From Octopus sinensis (Eukaryota), in NCBI RefSeq assembly GCF_006345805.1, contig NC_042997.1, positions 157,356,001 to 157,420,000 on the forward strand: a stretch of 64,000 nt of DNA. The letters run 5' to 3'. Within the stretch, counting starts at the first letter, position 1. The number at the start of each line of letters is the position of its first letter. The notes beneath the pieces are model-generated. The model saw only the letters and a list, made by a program, of their open reading frames with translations. It was not told the DNA's origin and did no database searches. Positions 38,054 through 51,321 of this stretch are shown one piece after another. The translations under genes and the position numbers were made by a program.

Positions 38054-38799
38054 CTAATAACAATAATCTCTGTATTTACATTGCAACATCATGATGATAG
38101 GCATGTTATAAAAATTCGGGTACAAAAATGAGGTATTTCATAAAATCGTTTAGGGGAATAAAAGAATGCAATTAAACGTATAAAGATATTACGAACACAT
38201 AAGTGAAAGTCCTCATACAGAAGGACCTCTAAATACGTGCAATTAGGGTACCCCAAAGATTCATAGTTACCTTGACCCCCAGATAATAAGTGCCTTGTCT
38301 TAAATGTTATTTTCCTCTCAAACCACTTTCAATTCATCCACTCACACTTTAATAAAATTAACTGGAGAACATTTTACTCTTGACCCTTACTCTCCTTTCC
38401 AAGTAGAATTTGAAAGGTCGATGTTAGCTTGACTGACGAGTGAGGTGTTTGCCTTAAGTACTTGCATTTGAGTCCACCACACATCTTTCACAATAACCAA
38501 CAGACAAAAACAATAAAAAAAACCATCTGTCCAGCACACCGAAAGAAGGACAAGTTGATCTTCATTATGGACTGGAACAGTCTTGCAACAAAAGTAGTAA
38601 TTATCGAACACTGAAGGGATGCGTGCTGAATGGTTTCATCGCTCAGGCCTTCTCAGACAGTCACAATTAATAATTCTTACGTCTCGACAGGGCTTATCTC
38701 TACTGCCCATCGGTAAGCACTGCTAAGTTAAATATCTTTAGAAGTTACTGACAGCATTCTCCGGTTCGAAAATTATTTTTTAAAAACTTTTATTTTATC

Positions 38800-39650
38800 T
38801 TTATTCCCATTTATGTACATAAGTATACACACACATTTTATGATGTCCCACTTTCGCATATAACCAGAGGCCTAAAATACTATATAAAATACCCACGTTT
38901 GAAGCAGAATTGAAGAAATATTTATAAACACAACCCGCTCATAAAACACAAGGGTTAATATTTTTACACATTAATCAAATTGCTTATAGAACAATGAACA
39001 CCTAGAAAGAAACATAAAGACCAACAACCTTTACACCTACCCATATCAACTTGTGAACATCAAAACACAACATAAACAATTTTTTATACTAACAATTCCA
39101 TAACATGCCCGACTAATAACCTCCACCTTCCAAATAAAAAGTGGAAATACCCTAAATAATGACAAGGAAAGAAACTGACCATCTAAAACATACCCCCTAC
39201 ATACATTCTTTTGCGAATCTCTATAAAATTCCTTTGCATGAATGTTGACACACTCAGTTACTAAGTTTTTAAATACTGGAGTAAACTTTAAAACTTTTGA
39301 CCTTTACATTTTCAAAGCAAAAGATTAAATCCAGCCGGACCAAAAATAACTAAAACTACTGACCGATCCTATACCTACCAAAAGGGACATATCTGCATAT
39401 TTACACCTGCTATAAAGTTCTACATACATGAATAAAATATAAGCAATAACGTAACCCAAAATTTAATCAATAAAAATTTCTCCTAAACACCTCTCCATAA
39501 CAATCCACCGTAAAGCCTAATTACCACTTCATTCAAACCCATATATTAAAGAAAGATTTTTAACTCAACAGAGACTATATAAAGCCAGGAATAACTTCAA
39601 TGCATACCAGTCTGATAATAGCTTAACTGGCCGAAACTTCGAAGTCACTG
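38800..39650 (+). mobile_element. Probable decayed Penelope-like element ending in a hammerhead
   Basis: A/C-rich strand with no intact ORF; the assignment rests mostly on the terminal hammerhead. Confidence 0.35.
39608..39650 (+). ncRNA. Type I hammerhead motif with G8A substitution
   Basis: CAGT-CTGATAA-T-AGCT(TAACT)GGCC-GAAA-CTTCGAA-GTC^-ACTG. Stem I is a perfect 4 bp, stem III is the perfect palindrome ACTTCGAAGT, and the triplet is GUC. Confidence 0.7.
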
Positions 39651-39691
39651 TCAATTATATCTTTGTTTAAGTCTAATAAATATACATGTAT

Positions 39692-39764
<73 letters not shown>

Positions 39765-40610
39765 GTATATACATATATATACATACATATACATGTGAGT
39801 GTGTGTGCGTGTGTGTGACATATACAGCTTAGCTATGTGGTTACTATCTGGCGCCTTGAGCAAGCGGGATCAATCATTAGCTTATGACTGAGCGATGTAA
39901 ATTAGAGTTACAGGTATATGCTTTTCCTAAACACATGTTTAGACACGCTGTAAAAACAGATACTCTGATTAAATTGCTTTTCCTTTCTATGGCTATAAAA
40001 AGGAAATGGCCTGGTTTGTTTTAATATTTTCTACGTTTTTGCCAAAGGTCAGTTATTAATTTGTCTGTTTATAGCTCTTTATAACATATGCAATTTCGAA
40101 ATACTCCTAAATTGCATAAAAGTGCAAATGTTGGCACCGTAGATTAATTAATTAATAAAAGTAGTGCGCATATTTTTTTTTCATTGACGTAGACTTACAG
40201 GGGTGTACTTTTCCTAATTACACATTTTAAACCTCTATGTGCGAAGTAAACCATACATGTTTCTCCATCCGATCAGAAAACTAATAGTCTTGACTAGTTT
40301 AATTTAAAATTTGTTTTCTAAATATCCCTGTAGTTTGCTCAGCAAGTCTATACTCTGTCGCTTTATATTTCTCACCCCTCCTTTTTCTCTCTCTCTATCT
40401 TTCTTCGCTTGTATAATTATCGAAAACACATGCAATATTTAGCCCCGCAGTGTAAACATACACTTTCATTCAAAATCAACGCTGTATTAGCATCAGACTT
40501 CTGGCTACATAACAACGAAGTTTATCATAATTCTTATCAAAGGAACAATAAATATAGATGCAATTGTAGAACAGTAGATAATTGTCACTTATAGTAGATA
40601 ACTGCCCACG

Positions 40611-40847
40611 GGCATATGGCGTAGTGATTAAGAGCGCGGGCTTCTAACGCCAAGATTCCGAGTTCGATTCCAGACAGTGACCATAATAATAATAATAATA
40701 ATAACAACAACATCGAAAAATACCTTAGGAATGAGAACCCAGGATCCAAATTTCCTCAAGACACCTGATGAAGGCTGGAGGGTATATCAGCCGAAACGTG
40801 TTAACAACGAACAAGATGAGGACAAATATCCGTTAAATGTAAATAAT
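40611..40847 (+). mobile_element. tRNA-headed SINE-like element with hammerhead-bearing tail, copy 2
   Basis: A-box 40617-40627, intact B-box GAGTTCGATTCC at 40660-40671, (AAT)n, then the same tail as copy 1 with a 3-nt deletion at the cleavage triplet. Confidence 0.8.
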
Positions 40848-42277
40848 CTAATTGTCACTTACATTGGAACTGTCTGCGTAAAAGCATTGTTTGCAAATAT
40901 CTGTAAGAACAGATGTTGCGTTTAAATATCACATATAACCTACAAAGAATTTTTTAAAGAAATACTCTTATGTACGTAGTGACTCATTCCTTTACAATAC
41001 GCGTAACTCGTTTGTGGAGGATATATTTAATTTAAAATCTATGAGTATACATTTTAAAGTAGAATCAAGTGTTATAAATTGAGCCAAACATTACCGAGAC
41101 AAATCGAAGTGTCATGTACACGCGGAGCAGTCGAGATTCTAATAGCGAACGGAAATCTATCAAGTAATACTTCCTAATTTTGGCACAAGGCCAGCAATTT
41201 AGAAGGTAAGTGTAAGTTGATTACACTAATACCAATGCCCAATTTTATTTTATCGATCGCGAGAGGATGAAAGGCAAAGCTGATCTTGTCGGAATTTGAA
41301 GATCTATCAAATAATCTTTTCCACTCTTGGCTCAAGGCCTGAAATTTTGGAGGTGGGGCTAGTCGGTTACATGCCCCCCCCCCCATAATCAACTAATATT
41401 TATTTTATCGACCCGGAAAGAATAAGTCGACCTCGGTGGAATTTGAACTCAGAAAAATTCAAATTCAAAAGGAGATTTATCAAATAATGAAATAAAGATA
41501 TTGTGTGGAAATATAAGTTTACGCGAACTATTAGAGAAAATGGAGAAATGATAATTTTGATTGCGACGATATATGAATGCTTCATTAAGAACTATACGAT
41601 CTATTTAGTGTAGACAAATACACACACATATACATGTGCGCACAAAAAACACACGGACATTCATACACATACATGCTCTTGTGCATATGATAATGATTTT
41701 ATGATTCTATGAATATTTCTTAGATTTCCCGAATTTATCTATTTGAATATTTTATTTGTAGCAATATTTCAAAAGTATGAATGGACAAGTAGTTAGTATG
41801 TATACGTATTAGTAGATATCTGATCAATAGTGTATACATACGTGCATACATAATACATACATGCATACATATATGTAATGTATGTGTCTCTGCGTATATT
41901 CGTGTATGCGTTTGTACATATATGTACAAAAATATGCATATATATGTGTATGTGTGTATCTGCGTGTGTGTATAATATATATGTATGTATGTGTGCATAT
42001 ATACACACACGTATATATATATGTATGTATGTATGTGTGTGCGTGGGGGGGGGGTAGGTGTGCGTGTATGTATGTATATAGGTTTGTTTATGCGCATGTA
42101 CGTGTTTATATATCTAAGTGTTTTTCTCAGTGTGTGTGTGAGTATATATATATATATATGAGTATAAACTGATAATTGCATACGTATATGTATATATATA
42201 TATGATATTTGTATAATCCTCCATGACTGTTATTGCCGCACTCAATGGCCTTGAGAAAATATGTATGTATAACATAC

Positions 42278-42370
42278 TCTTTTGAAGTCTCGGTGTCCCG
42301 TCTCCACTCTTTTCGTTTACAAATACACTTAGTTTCGGCGCTTTATTATTCAGGTTTACAGCGTTAACAT
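42278..42370 (-). CDS. Candidate symmetric phase-1 exon (x)VNAVNLNNKAPKLSVFVNEKSGDGTPRLQK
   Basis: ttttag| acceptor and |gtatgt donor, 93 nt, with only one open frame. Faint cadherin-like wording only. Confidence 0.25.
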
Positions 42371-42484
42371 CTAAAATTCTATGTGAAAATGCATATCTAC
42401 ATATAATGTTGCATACACAGTGAAAGAGGCTATAGCGCATGGACAGAGCAAAATACATTTAAATGTAAGTAAAGTATGTGACGT

Positions 42485-43300
42485 AGCTTGCGACCGAGGG
42501 CTGCCCTCTTATGGAATACCCACCTGTTGGTGCCACTGGATGATGAACTCCGCTGATGATGTTATTCCACGTTTTCTGATCCATGGTACTTTCTTGAGGT
42601 CGAGGCGCTACGACTTCAGGTCTTCTTCAATTTCTTTCGCCCATAAGGCGGTGAGCTGGCAGAAACGTTAGCACGCCGGGCGAAATGCGTAGCCGTATTT
42701 CGTCTGCCGTTACGTTCTGAGTTCAAAAATCCGCCGAGGTTGACTTTGCCTTTCATCCTTTCAGGGTCGATTAAATAAGTACCAGTTACGCACTGGGGTC
42801 GATATAATCGACTTAATCCGTCTGCCTGTCTTTGTTTGTCCTCTCTGTGTTTAGCCCCTTGTGGGTAGTAAAGAAATAGGCATTTTGTCTGTCTTTACGT
42901 TCTGAGTTCGAATTCCACCGAGGTCGACTTTGCCTGTCATCCTTTCGGGGTCGATAAATTAAGTACCAGTTCAAAACTGGGGTCGATCTAATCGACTGGC
43001 CTCCTCCCCCAAAATTTCGGGCCTTGTGCCTAGAATAAAAAATAATTCATTTCGTCCATGTCCTTTTCGGTGCACTGCCCCGGATACTCCAATGCATGGT
43101 TCGTTGCCGCTACAAAAGTCGGTTAGGTAGTCTTCCGGTGTTTATTCTGCAGACGTGGCCAAACCACTGCAGTCTGCGCTGCCGGATTTGGTCGTCAACA
43201 ATCGGCTGCTGCTGTCATTGTTCTCGGATATTGTTTAAGATTCCAGTAGAGGAACATAAAAGATCTGACGAAAGCATCGCATTTAGAACACCATAAAACA
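42485..43300 (-). mobile_element. RTE-like LINE 3' fragment interrupted by two family B SINEs
   Basis: DQIRQRRLQWFGHVCRINTGRLPNRLL at about 43100-43200, continuing W.K.I.EDLK at 42645 and below. The SINEs occupy about 42648-43040. Confidence 0.75.
42648..43040 (+). mobile_element. Two tandem family B SINEs
   Basis: Two consecutive gttctgagttc..aggtcgactttgcct..gggtcgat blocks. Confidence 0.85.
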
Positions 43301-43683
43301 ATATCAGCGATATTTCAAAAATTAAATTAATTCCTACATTTATTTCAGCGCTGCTTCGTACTAACAGGTACACTAAATTTTTTACACTACTAATTTACTA
43401 ATAGAGTAGTGGTCAAATTTCCAACAACCACCAAGAAAACTTACGTCTAACATTATTTCTATTATTCTTTTTTTCTTTCCTGATTACTTTATTCGTTTTT
43501 CGCTATGGCTTCTTCCTTGAATCTGCAACTTATAGAGGAGCGAATCGGGTTTTTGTGACTCGTATTTCAAATACCTTATATATGACGAAATATATATATC
43601 AATATATACTGAAATAACAGTAGTAATGAGGTTTTGAAATAACACGGATATTATCTTCGGTTGTTCTTTCAAATGTACTTCAC

Positions 43684-43775
43684 TTTGTTCTTCATATTGT
43701 ATGCAACATTGTACATGGATATTGACTTCATATGGAAATTCAGGTGTTAACGAACGCAGTAAGCTATATTGTGTT
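43684..43775 (-). CDS. Candidate exon with FN3-like E/F strand motif
   Basis: TQYSLLRSLTPEFPYEVNIHVQC resembles the FN3 LxxLxPxTxYxVxV pattern. Splice sites are only moderate. Confidence 0.25.
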
Positions 43776-43914
43776 CTAATGTAAATTTCTATTTGCTTTG
43801 TATACGCAATACATCGAAACGATACATACATACATACACACATATATAACATACATACATACATACATATACACACACACACACCACACACCACACACAC
43901 ACACACACACACAC

Positions 43915-43973
<59 letters not shown>

Positions 43974-43991
43974 CGAGAGGGTGCTGAATAC

Positions 43992-44030
<39 letters not shown>

Positions 44031-44099
44031 TGCATGCTTGTATATAGATGTGTGTGTATATATGGAATACTTACTCAATAGGATGATCCACGCACTTTG

Positions 44100-44470
44100 C
44101 TATTCCAGAAACAGCTGTAAGACACCTCTGTATATCTGTATTTTCTATCGAAATTAAATGTCTTCTTCAAGTGATGCCAAAGGGTTTGCCTTTCCTTTCT
44201 TTTGCTGGGTTCAAATCTCATTCGCAAACTCATAGAAAACAAATTTCCACCAACTATTCTCCCTATATGTGTGTGTACACCTTTCAGTGCAATGTATACT
44301 AGAAGGTTTGCAAATCTAACGGAGGCCTCAAAAAACATTTTAAGACCCAGAAAGATCAGAACTTATCTGCAGCTCTCAGTGGTCCAAATCGGATATGCAA
44401 TCTATGTCGGTGTCTTTTCAAAACATTGGTTTAAAAAACTATTTCAGATGCCATGATGGTTCTAAGGTGC
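44100..44470 (+). pseudogene. Decayed LINE C-terminus with two C2H2-like fingers (RTE-type)
   Basis: FQCNVY*KVCKSNGGLKKHFKT and RICNLCRCLFKTLV*K; contains stops. Confidence 0.6.
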
Positions 44471-44527
44471 AGGCACAGGAAGTGGTCAAAATCTGCGTAA
44501 GAAGTAGACAACCACCATATTTATATG

Positions 44528-44585
<58 letters not shown>

Positions 44586-44913
44586 TATATATATATATAT
44601 ATATATATATACAAACTGAGAAAATGGAGGACATACTTAAATCAATCAATCATCAACCATCAGATAATACCCAATCAATACTTTATTACACCATTACATA
44701 ACAGCAATGACATTATACATAATATATTGTGAATATAACTAGACATGGAAATAGAAATATAAAATACAATTACATCATATAATTTATATATATATATATA
44801 TATATATATTGATACAAATGGTAAGACAGCAAAAGAATGAAAGAGACCTCGATACTATGTAAATAGAGGAATTTACTTGTAAATATAATATGTGACGATT
44901 ATTCGGTAGCCAT

Positions 44914-44948
44914 GATAAAACTTCGGGTTTCGGATCTCTTCAGTTATC
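44914..44948 (-). ncRNA. Type I hammerhead motif with vestigial stem II
   Basis: Minus strand reads GATAA-CTGAAGA-GATCC-GAAA-C(CCGAA)GTT^-TTATC. Confidence 0.6.
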
Positions 44949-45003
44949 TGGCCTTTGGAAAAATGCTATAACGATCATTTCCATAGCATTTTCCCGATGT
45001 CCA

Positions 45004-45064
45004 GATAACTGATGAGATGGCAGCGTGGTTTTCCACCCCGACATCCGAAACCTGGAGTTTTATC
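45004..45064 (+). ncRNA. Type I hammerhead motif
   Basis: GATAA-CTGATGA-GATG..GTGG(TTTT)CCAC..CATC-C-GAAA-C(CTGGA)GTT^-TTATC. Confidence 0.7.
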
Positions 45065-45101
45065 ATGGCTACCGAATAATTGTCACATATTACATTTACA
45101 G

Positions 45102-45139
<38 letters not shown>

Positions 45140-45540
45140 TATATGATATATACATCTTATATAGTATACATCTCAACACATAGTAACAATAAATAATATA
45201 TTTAAACATGATGTTATTATAAGCAATAGGGGTACAGATTGACATCTGAACCCTTACTGTTACCCATTTGTATTTTATTCACCTGTCTCGGAATCTGCCC
45301 TTCATAAATATTATGGACTGTATATTTAATATAATGTACATGTCTGAATAGCTTAAGGGTGGATTCCTTCACTCAGCTAACTCTAATTGTCTACATACAC
45401 TGCAAGAATATCATCCAGCTGGTACTTATGTACCAAATTTGATATTTACATAATATTGTTGTGTGTAGATTATTCCGACCTAACGAGGTGCTTCGATTTA
45501 AGTACCTAATTCAACTGAATCTTACTTCAATATACACATA

Positions 45541-45771
45541 CAGCAATCTCTCGACTATCGCGGGTGTTATGCTCCAACCTCGCCCCCGTGATAAGTGAAA
45601 CTCCGTGAAGTATAAACAGTATTGTATTGTATATGTTTTAATATTATTTTAATAATTTGTATATATTTATTTTATTAGAAATGCAAACAACACCACAGAG
45701 GAATCGACGTAAGCTTAAGTAATAAACCGCGATAGGTGAATCACGCTAGTTGGACCGCAATATGGCGAGGG

Positions 45772-45778
<7 letters not shown>
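45541..45778. mobile_element. Tigger/pogo-type MITE
   Basis: TA|cagcaatctctcg ... cgagggattactg|tg terminal inverted repeats; 238 bp. Confidence 0.75.
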
Positions 45779-45816
<38 letters not shown>

Positions 45817-45838
45817 CACACACACAACCATATATATA

Positions 45839-45900
<62 letters not shown>

Positions 45901-46239
45901 GTAAAGACCCCCTTCGGTCATGAATGACCATGGGATTGCACCTAGAAAGTTACCCTCCTAGACACAAGTCTGGGCAAGGTTGTTTTTATGGAAGGCCAGC
46001 AGTCGCCCATGCATATCAGCCTCCCCTCTCCACGCCATCAGTGTTATCCAAGGGAAAGACAAAGGTCGATACAGCTTGGCACCAGTGACGTCGCAACTCA
46101 TTTCTACAGCTGAGTGAACTGGAGCAACGTGAAATAAAGTGCCTTGCTCGAGAACACAACACGCAGCCCGGTCCGGGATTCGAGCTCACAACCTCACGAT
46201 CGTAAGCTCGACTCTCTAACCACTGAGCCATGCGCCTTC
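45901..46239 (-). mobile_element. Full-length tRNA-derived SINE, family C
   Basis: Head gaaggcgcatggctcagtggttagag..gagctcgaatccc; very similar to 54686-55020. Confidence 0.9.
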
Positions 46240-46250
46240 TATATATATAT

Positions 46251-46326
<76 letters not shown>

Positions 46327-46348
46327 ACAAACATATATATATGTATAT

Positions 46349-46405
<57 letters not shown>

Positions 46406-47324
46406 GCACACATAATATGCATACATAATACGCACATACATAGACTCATGCATTGAGTATGTGTGTGTGTATGTGCATGCATCTATCGTGTATGAGTGTA
46501 TGACTGTTAGTGTCATATCCCATGCTCATGCTTACTCGTGTGAAACCAATGTTGTTTCAAAATAGGTAACTGAGTGATTGGTGAAACCTAGCTCGGTAAA
46601 AATATGTACCAGTCTTAAATAAGGTCTGGGATCGATTGTCTTCAACTAAATCCTTGGAAGGAGGTACTTTAGTATATAGTCCCAGTCGAATGACTTAAAC
46701 TATTAAAAGAGAAAAGAGAAAAATACATGAAAGAATAGACAAGAGCAAAGAAGAAAATAGAAAGAAATAATCTAATTAAAGGTGGGGGGGGGGAGTAAAA
46801 GGAGAGAGAAATATCTGACAATTGTCTCTCCGCTGACAAGTTCGTTTAATCCAAGAATGGCGCTATCATACGGTCTGGGCGTCAGAACGTCTCTCAGGGA
46901 GCACTTGAGCGGCTGTGACAAGATATATTAGAATAAGATCGCAGCGGCTATCTTCTCTCATATGTCTGAACTGAAGACAACAAATACGTAAGAAACAAAC
47001 CAAATCAAACAAATATATCAAAGAAAAGAAAATTAAAAATAAGGGGTAAAAAATATCCCTTCTGTCTTCTTTTCTTCTCTTCTAAGCATTCATTTTTCTA
47101 GTTTGGTGCCTTTCTCGAGTAAGACAGATGCAACTGTTCACTGATCTTTTTATCCACCCATTCTTTCGTAATCTTTACCCACACATCTAATAAATTATGT
47201 GATATAAAGTATAATACTGTCTATCAGTTGCTTACACACACACACACACAAACAAATGCATAAATATAAATATGTGTGTGTGTGTATGTATGTGTGTGTG
47301 TGTGTGTGTACGAGTATGTATGTA

Positions 47325-47355
<31 letters not shown>

Positions 47356-47875
47356 GTGGGTGGGGTGCATGTGTGAGTGTATCATACATACATCATAGTA
47401 TACCAATTAGCACTAGTATATTTCCTTACTGAACATAGAGAGGGAAAACAAAAACCAACATGTATATACATATGCGTACACGCACACACTCTCAAAAACA
47501 TACATAGACACACATATATATATATATAAGTCCAATATATGTACATTATGTATATACATATACATATGTATTTTTGTCTGACTATCTGTCTGTCTATATG
47601 TATGCATGTATGTAAGTATGTATGTATCTAGGTAGGTATACTATCTTTGTTTATTTGCGTAGAAGATAAATATAACCGACTTGATACAACTGTAGTATAT
47701 AGTTGTACTCATTGAATTACCTCCAAAATGTTGAAAGCAAAGTCAACTCCAAACAGATTTGGACTTAAATTGCAAAAGTACGCAACAAAACACCGTTAGA
47801 CAAAGCAGTTACCTCTTCTATTCTACGGCTCCATCCCTCATTCTCGCTCTCTGGCTACTACCTCTTACGGATACA

Positions 47876-47917
<42 letters not shown>

Positions 47918-48550
47918 AATAAAATAGAACATATGCATATATATAAACATATATGTACGTTCCTACCTCTACATGTACATATACACGCATATATGTGTAC
48001 AGGACACCAAAAAGACGTCGAACACATAGAGAGACGAAAAACATAGACACAAACCAAGGAACAAGACAAGCAAAAAAAAGAGATACAGGACAATAAGCAC
48101 AACGAAAAATCCCCTTCTTCAGTCGCTAAGGTTTCATCTACTAAACGTTTCGAAGGATAAAAGCGAGACGTATACTTCGAAGAAAACTTCCTTCCTGCGA
48201 AAAGCAAATCAATTATACACACACATATATATACATACATACACACACATAGAAATACGCATGCACACGTACAAATATTCACATACAACTACGGACGCAC
48301 ACGCACAAATGCAAGCATAAACATACTCAAACACATGGGCATGTTAGATTTAACAAACGGGAGCAAAACGACTTTGGTAGGGTTTTACTTTTTTACTTTA
48401 AAACGATGGCTTGTTGCTCGAGAGTTTCCCTAGACGTACTTTTCTGTACTTAAAATAAGAAAGTACTTAATCCAACGAGAATACTGTAGAATTTCTAAGG
48501 TAGAAGGTCACTATTTCAGCGAGTGTTAGAGTGCGCGTGCATACCCATAT

Positions 48551-48584
<34 letters not shown>

Positions 48585-48975
48585 CTCTCTGTAGACACAC
48601 ACATATACACACACACACAAGCACACGCTTAATCATATATACATAAGTATGAACGTACATATATACGTACATATGTATATATAAAACTGAGGATGTGTGT
48701 GTGTAAACCCGCAGAACTACTGAAGTTCGCATCACATGTTCTCCAAACTGGGAACGTACACAACTTACGTTCCATAGATGGTTTTAGACTCTTAAAATAC
48801 TTCACATAATGAATAATGGGGCTTCTGGCGGCAGAAACTATATATACATGCATACATACGTACATATATATATATATATATATATATAAAGGCGGTGCTC
48901 CAGCATGGCCACAGTCACATGACTGGAACAAGTAAAAGAGAGAGAGTATGTATACATATATATCAAATACACAAT

Positions 48976-49739
48976 GGGACAAGAACGCAAAACATCCGGG
49001 CAACTAGATGGCAACAAAACATCCAGATAGACGATACAAAAAAACACGGACGGGTCATTCGAAGCCTTTTAACTTCAGTCAAGAACCGGATCATCCTCGC
49101 AATTTTAGCTGATTAATCTTGGGATTGCTCAAATCTGGCCAGCTCCAAGAAAAAACTAAGCTAAGAGCATTAAATTCCTTGGAAAAAAGCATCGAATGTA
49201 TACGAATCAAGGACGGAAAAACGGATGATGTTACACGAATATAAATACAAAAAAAAAAAACAATAATAACGGGACATATATATATACCAAAATAAGCAAC
49301 AAGGATATCCAGAGGTAATGCAGTACGATCGTTTCATGCGACTTCATTTAAACGATCGTACTGCATTACCTCTGGATATCCTTATTGCTTATTTTGATTA
49401 TAATCACCCCATTTTGAATTATATAAATTCTGGTGCCTTTAACTTAAGTACCATATTCCTCTGAATTTATATATACAGATTCGACTACCATCCGTGTAGC
49501 ATCTCTTATATTCCTTCCCATGACTTTCATCTAATGTTCCTGCTGTAAGGCTTCACTTCATATTCTAAGGGCCGGCCACATTGGAGCAGTCTCGAGTGTA
49601 ACCGGCCGAAACTGCGACGATGATATGGAATTCGACTGAAGATAGAAACCTCCGAATGACCCGTCCTTGCTTTTTCCTGTCCTTCTTCGTATCATCTAAC
49701 TGTCCGGATGTTTTGTTGCTGCCTATTACGTTCTTGTTC
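48976..49739. repeat. Diverged inverted repeat (48976-49140 / 49574-49739) around a central hairpin
   Basis: ggacgggtcattc/gaatgacccgtcc, gcaacaaaacatcc/ggatgttttgttgc and cttcagtc/gactgaag. Confidence 0.75.
49289..49395. repeat. Hairpin with 46-bp arms, one mismatch, 15-nt loop
   Basis: aaaataagcaacaaggatatccagaggtaatgcagtacgatcgttt / aaacgatcgtactgcattacctctggatatccttattgcttatttt. Confidence 0.95.
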
Positions 49740-49756
49740 AATTTTTGCTTGGTATT

Positions 49757-49832
<76 letters not shown>

Positions 49833-49834
<2 letters not shown>

Positions 49835-50222
49835 TCGGTGTGGCTGTGTGGTAAGAATTTTGCTTACCAACTGCATGGCTCCTGGTTCAGTGAGACTGTG
49901 TTGCATCTTGGGTTCTTACTAAAACCTCGGGCCGATGAAAGCCTCGTGAGTGGATTTAGCAGACGGAAACTGAAAAAAATTTGTCGTATGAAAACCTAAG
50001 CATGTCTTTGTGCCTGTGTTTGTTTCCCACTACCACTTGACAACAAGAGTTGGTTTGTTTATGTCCTCGTAAACTAGCGGTTTGGCAAAAAGTGTCCGAT
50101 AGAATAAGTACAAGGTTTTAAAAAAAACGTAAAGTAATGGGCTCGATACATTCGACAAAAATTTCTTGAAGGTAGCACTCATAGCATGGCCGCAGTCTAA
50201 TGACTGAAACAAGGAAAATATA
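49833..50222 (+). mobile_element. SINE family A, diverged full length
   Basis: ggtgtggctgtgtggtaag head through gcatggccgcagtctaatgactgaaacaag tail. Confidence 0.8.
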
Positions 50223-50437
50223 ACAGATAATAGGTATGTATGTATGTATGTATGTATGTATGTATGTATGTATGTATGTATGTATGTTGTATGTATGTAT
50301 GTATGTATGTCATTGTTCAGTTTATTTCAAGATTTCTTGTCAATAGAGAAATAATCGGTTTCTAACCTAGATCCAAGGCTCCTTCATTGGAATTTCAGCA
50401 TCAACAACTGGGTATTTTTGTATGTGTGTATGTTTGT

Positions 50438-50514
<77 letters not shown>

Positions 50515-50517
50515 TAA

Positions 50518-50548
<31 letters not shown>

Positions 50549-51002
50549 AATAATAATTATAATTATAATAAGTAAAGAGGGGTCCGGAAATCCAGTCGGT
50601 TACCTCAGACACACGAACGTAAGGGCTTTGAGTTAGTCATTATATAATTACATATTTTGTTATTGATATGACAATATCACAGCTCTCTGTCATACTTCCA
50701 TGAATGTTATGTGATTTAGTGATTTATCATATGTACGTTCTGGAAACGATCGTACACCTTGGACTTCTTCATTTGTTTCACACACACAGACACACACACA
50801 CAGATACACGCACACACGCACACACGCATACACACACACACACTCACACTCACAAACAACCAATGAAATTCCGACTAAGTTTGATTTCCACGTTTTATCA
50901 TTTGCAATCAATTTCATTGATTAACATATTCTTCTTTACACAATCATACAAACACGGATATCTATCTATCTATCTATCTATATCTATCTATCTATCTAAT
51001 CC

Positions 51003-51062
<60 letters not shown>

Positions 51063-51095
51063 GTCTGTCTGTCTGTCTGTCTGTCTATTTATCTA

Positions 51096-51139
<44 letters not shown>

Positions 51140-51262
51140 TCTATCTGTCTATCTATCTGTCTGTTTATCTATCCATCTGTCTGTCTGACAGTCTGTCTGT
51201 CTAACCGTCTGTCTGTCTCTCCCTCTCTCTCTCTTTCTTTCTTTCTTTGTCTCTCTCTCTCT

Positions 51263-51321
<59 letters not shown>

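Larger units (their letters stand above)
44878..45100. mobile_element. Fold-back element with two opposing hammerhead motifs
   Basis: Arms 44878-44951 / 45001-45100, with an inner mini inverted repeat ggaaaaatgctat/atagcattttcc; TA microsatellites nearby on both sides. Confidence 0.8.

Noticed and set aside
48100-48200. Minus-strand GAAACGTTTAGTA...CTGAAGA hammerhead-like pieces
   Set aside because: The order and flanks give no stem I pairing in any topology. Probably a decayed PLE terminus, but not supportable as a ribozyme.
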